The translations under genes were made by a program, and so were the position numbers. 64,000 bases of DNA from Candidatus Woesearchaeota archaeon (lineage in GTDB: Archaea; Nanobdellota; Nanobdellia; Woesearchaeales; UBA10216): assembly GCA_016180065.1 (NCBI GenBank), contig JACPBY010000013.1, positions 2,746-66,745 on the forward strand, written 5' to 3'. Positions 63,648 to 64,000 of the stretch are shown here, in pieces; the first letter of the stretch is position 1, and the number at the start of each line of letters is the position of its first letter. Under the pieces are notes generated by a model that did not search any database, was not told where the DNA came from, and saw nothing but the letters and a program-made list of their open reading frames with translations.

Positions 63648-63779
63648 GCCCCGTTCGTTCAGTCCGGTCAAGGACACGGCCCTTTCGAATGACCCATCTC
63701 GCCGCAGCGAGTGTGGCTTGACCAAAAAACGACGTCGTAAGGAAAGGCCGGGACGCGGGTTCAAATCCCGCACGGGGCA
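63648..63779 (+). tRNA. tRNA-Glu (anticodon UUC) with a 57-nt canonical 37/38 intron
   Basis: Acceptor GCCCCGU/ACGGGGC, D-arm GUUC-AGUCCGGUCAA-GGAC, anticodon stem CGGCC/GGCCG, loop CUUUCG|A after removing 63688-63744. BHB: H is CUUU/AAGG, the bulges are CGA and AAA, and h' is AUGAC/GUCGU. T-arm GCGGG-UUCAAAU-CCCGC, 4-nt variable loop. Confidence 0.88.
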
Positions 63780-63876
63780 TCATTCATTTGTCTAAGGCAT
63801 TAAAAACAGGGCTCCGGTCTGCGAACAGCCCGCATAGAGTTAACTTTTAATACGCACGCCTGTTCCTTGCTTTCTT

Positions 63877-64000
63877 ATGAGGGCTGGCCCTGCGATTGGT
63901 CCTACTATTTTTCCTGTTGTTCCTGCTGCAGCCCTAAACTGGCTCTTTGACACATTCACGCTTTACGGGCCTGAGACCCTTCATGGAAGCGACAGGGTTG
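63877..64000 (+). CDS. 5' end of an unidentified ORF running off the window
   Basis: ATG at 63877, open to the window edge (MRAGPAIGPTIFPVVPAAALNWLFDTF...). Too short to judge. Confidence 0.25.
   Translation, partial: MRAGPAIGPTIFPVVPAAALNWLFDTFTLYGPETLHGSDRV

Noticed and set aside
63489-63795. Three ORFs of 88-94 aa overlapping the tRNA-Glu locus.
   Set aside because: The region is fully explained by an intron-containing tRNA with intact stems. The ORFs are on both strands and mutually overlapping.
1-64000. A search for CRISPR arrays, rRNA genes, RNase P RNA (GAGGAAAGUCC-type core) and SRP RNA.
   Set aside because: No short regularly spaced direct repeats, rRNA-like segments or RNase P or SRP core motifs were seen by eye. 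Absence is stated only at visual-inspection level.

Overview
This 64-kb window is an archaeal chromosomal fragment. The archaeal assignment rests on ribosomal protein L21e, RNA polymerase subunit F, aIF5A, a membrane-type LonB, bulge-helix-bulge tRNA introns, and TATA-box or leaderless gene starts. The many small hypothetical proteins and the density of toxin-antitoxin (TA) modules suggest an uncultivated small-genome, DPANN-like lineage, but that is inference only.

Core genes:
- Translation and RNA: thrS, ileS, argS, aIF5A, and rpl21e-rpoF-DUF655.
- Lipid and sugar metabolism: GGPP synthase, cis-prenyl (UPP) synthase and ribulose-phosphate 3-epimerase.
- Polyamine genes: an AdoMetDC-fold decarboxylase next to agmatinase.
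- Other housekeeping: lonB, DinB, LemA-HtpX, a cyclophilin lipoprotein, a PAC2-like protein, DedA, a PhoU-like regulator and a XerA-type recombinase.
- Six tRNAs: Val, Thr, Ile, Tyr, Glu (57-nt canonical intron), and a long-variable-arm tRNA with a 22-nt T-loop intron.

Accessory content:
- About 11 TA-type modules: 5 VapBC (one split by an IS), MazEF, one RelE-like pair plus one RelE relic, 2 HEPN-MNT pairs, and DUF4258 with a Zn-ribbon antitoxin.
- An IS630-like element with an A8 frameshift site.
- An IS6-like element with a clean target-site duplication inside vapC.
- An HNH endonuclease and a frameshifted PrgI-like gene.
- A 12-blade NHL-repeat lipoprotein.

Most notable observations:
1. 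Two tandem HEPN-MNT-secreted-protein cassettes have perfectly conserved junction blocks around diverged or unrelated interiors. They sit against the aIF5A 3' end, and a relic of that 3' end was duplicated with them.
2. A well-formed type-II (Ser-like, G73) tRNA has an anticodon that reads GAU, and carries a perfect BHB intron at position 59/60.
3. aIF5A has Thr where the hypusine lysine is expected.
4. A promoter- and terminator-bounded, hairpin-rich candidate ncRNA lies upstream of the polyamine genes, and twin 12-bp hairpins lie between them.

No CRISPR array and no rRNA gene were seen.
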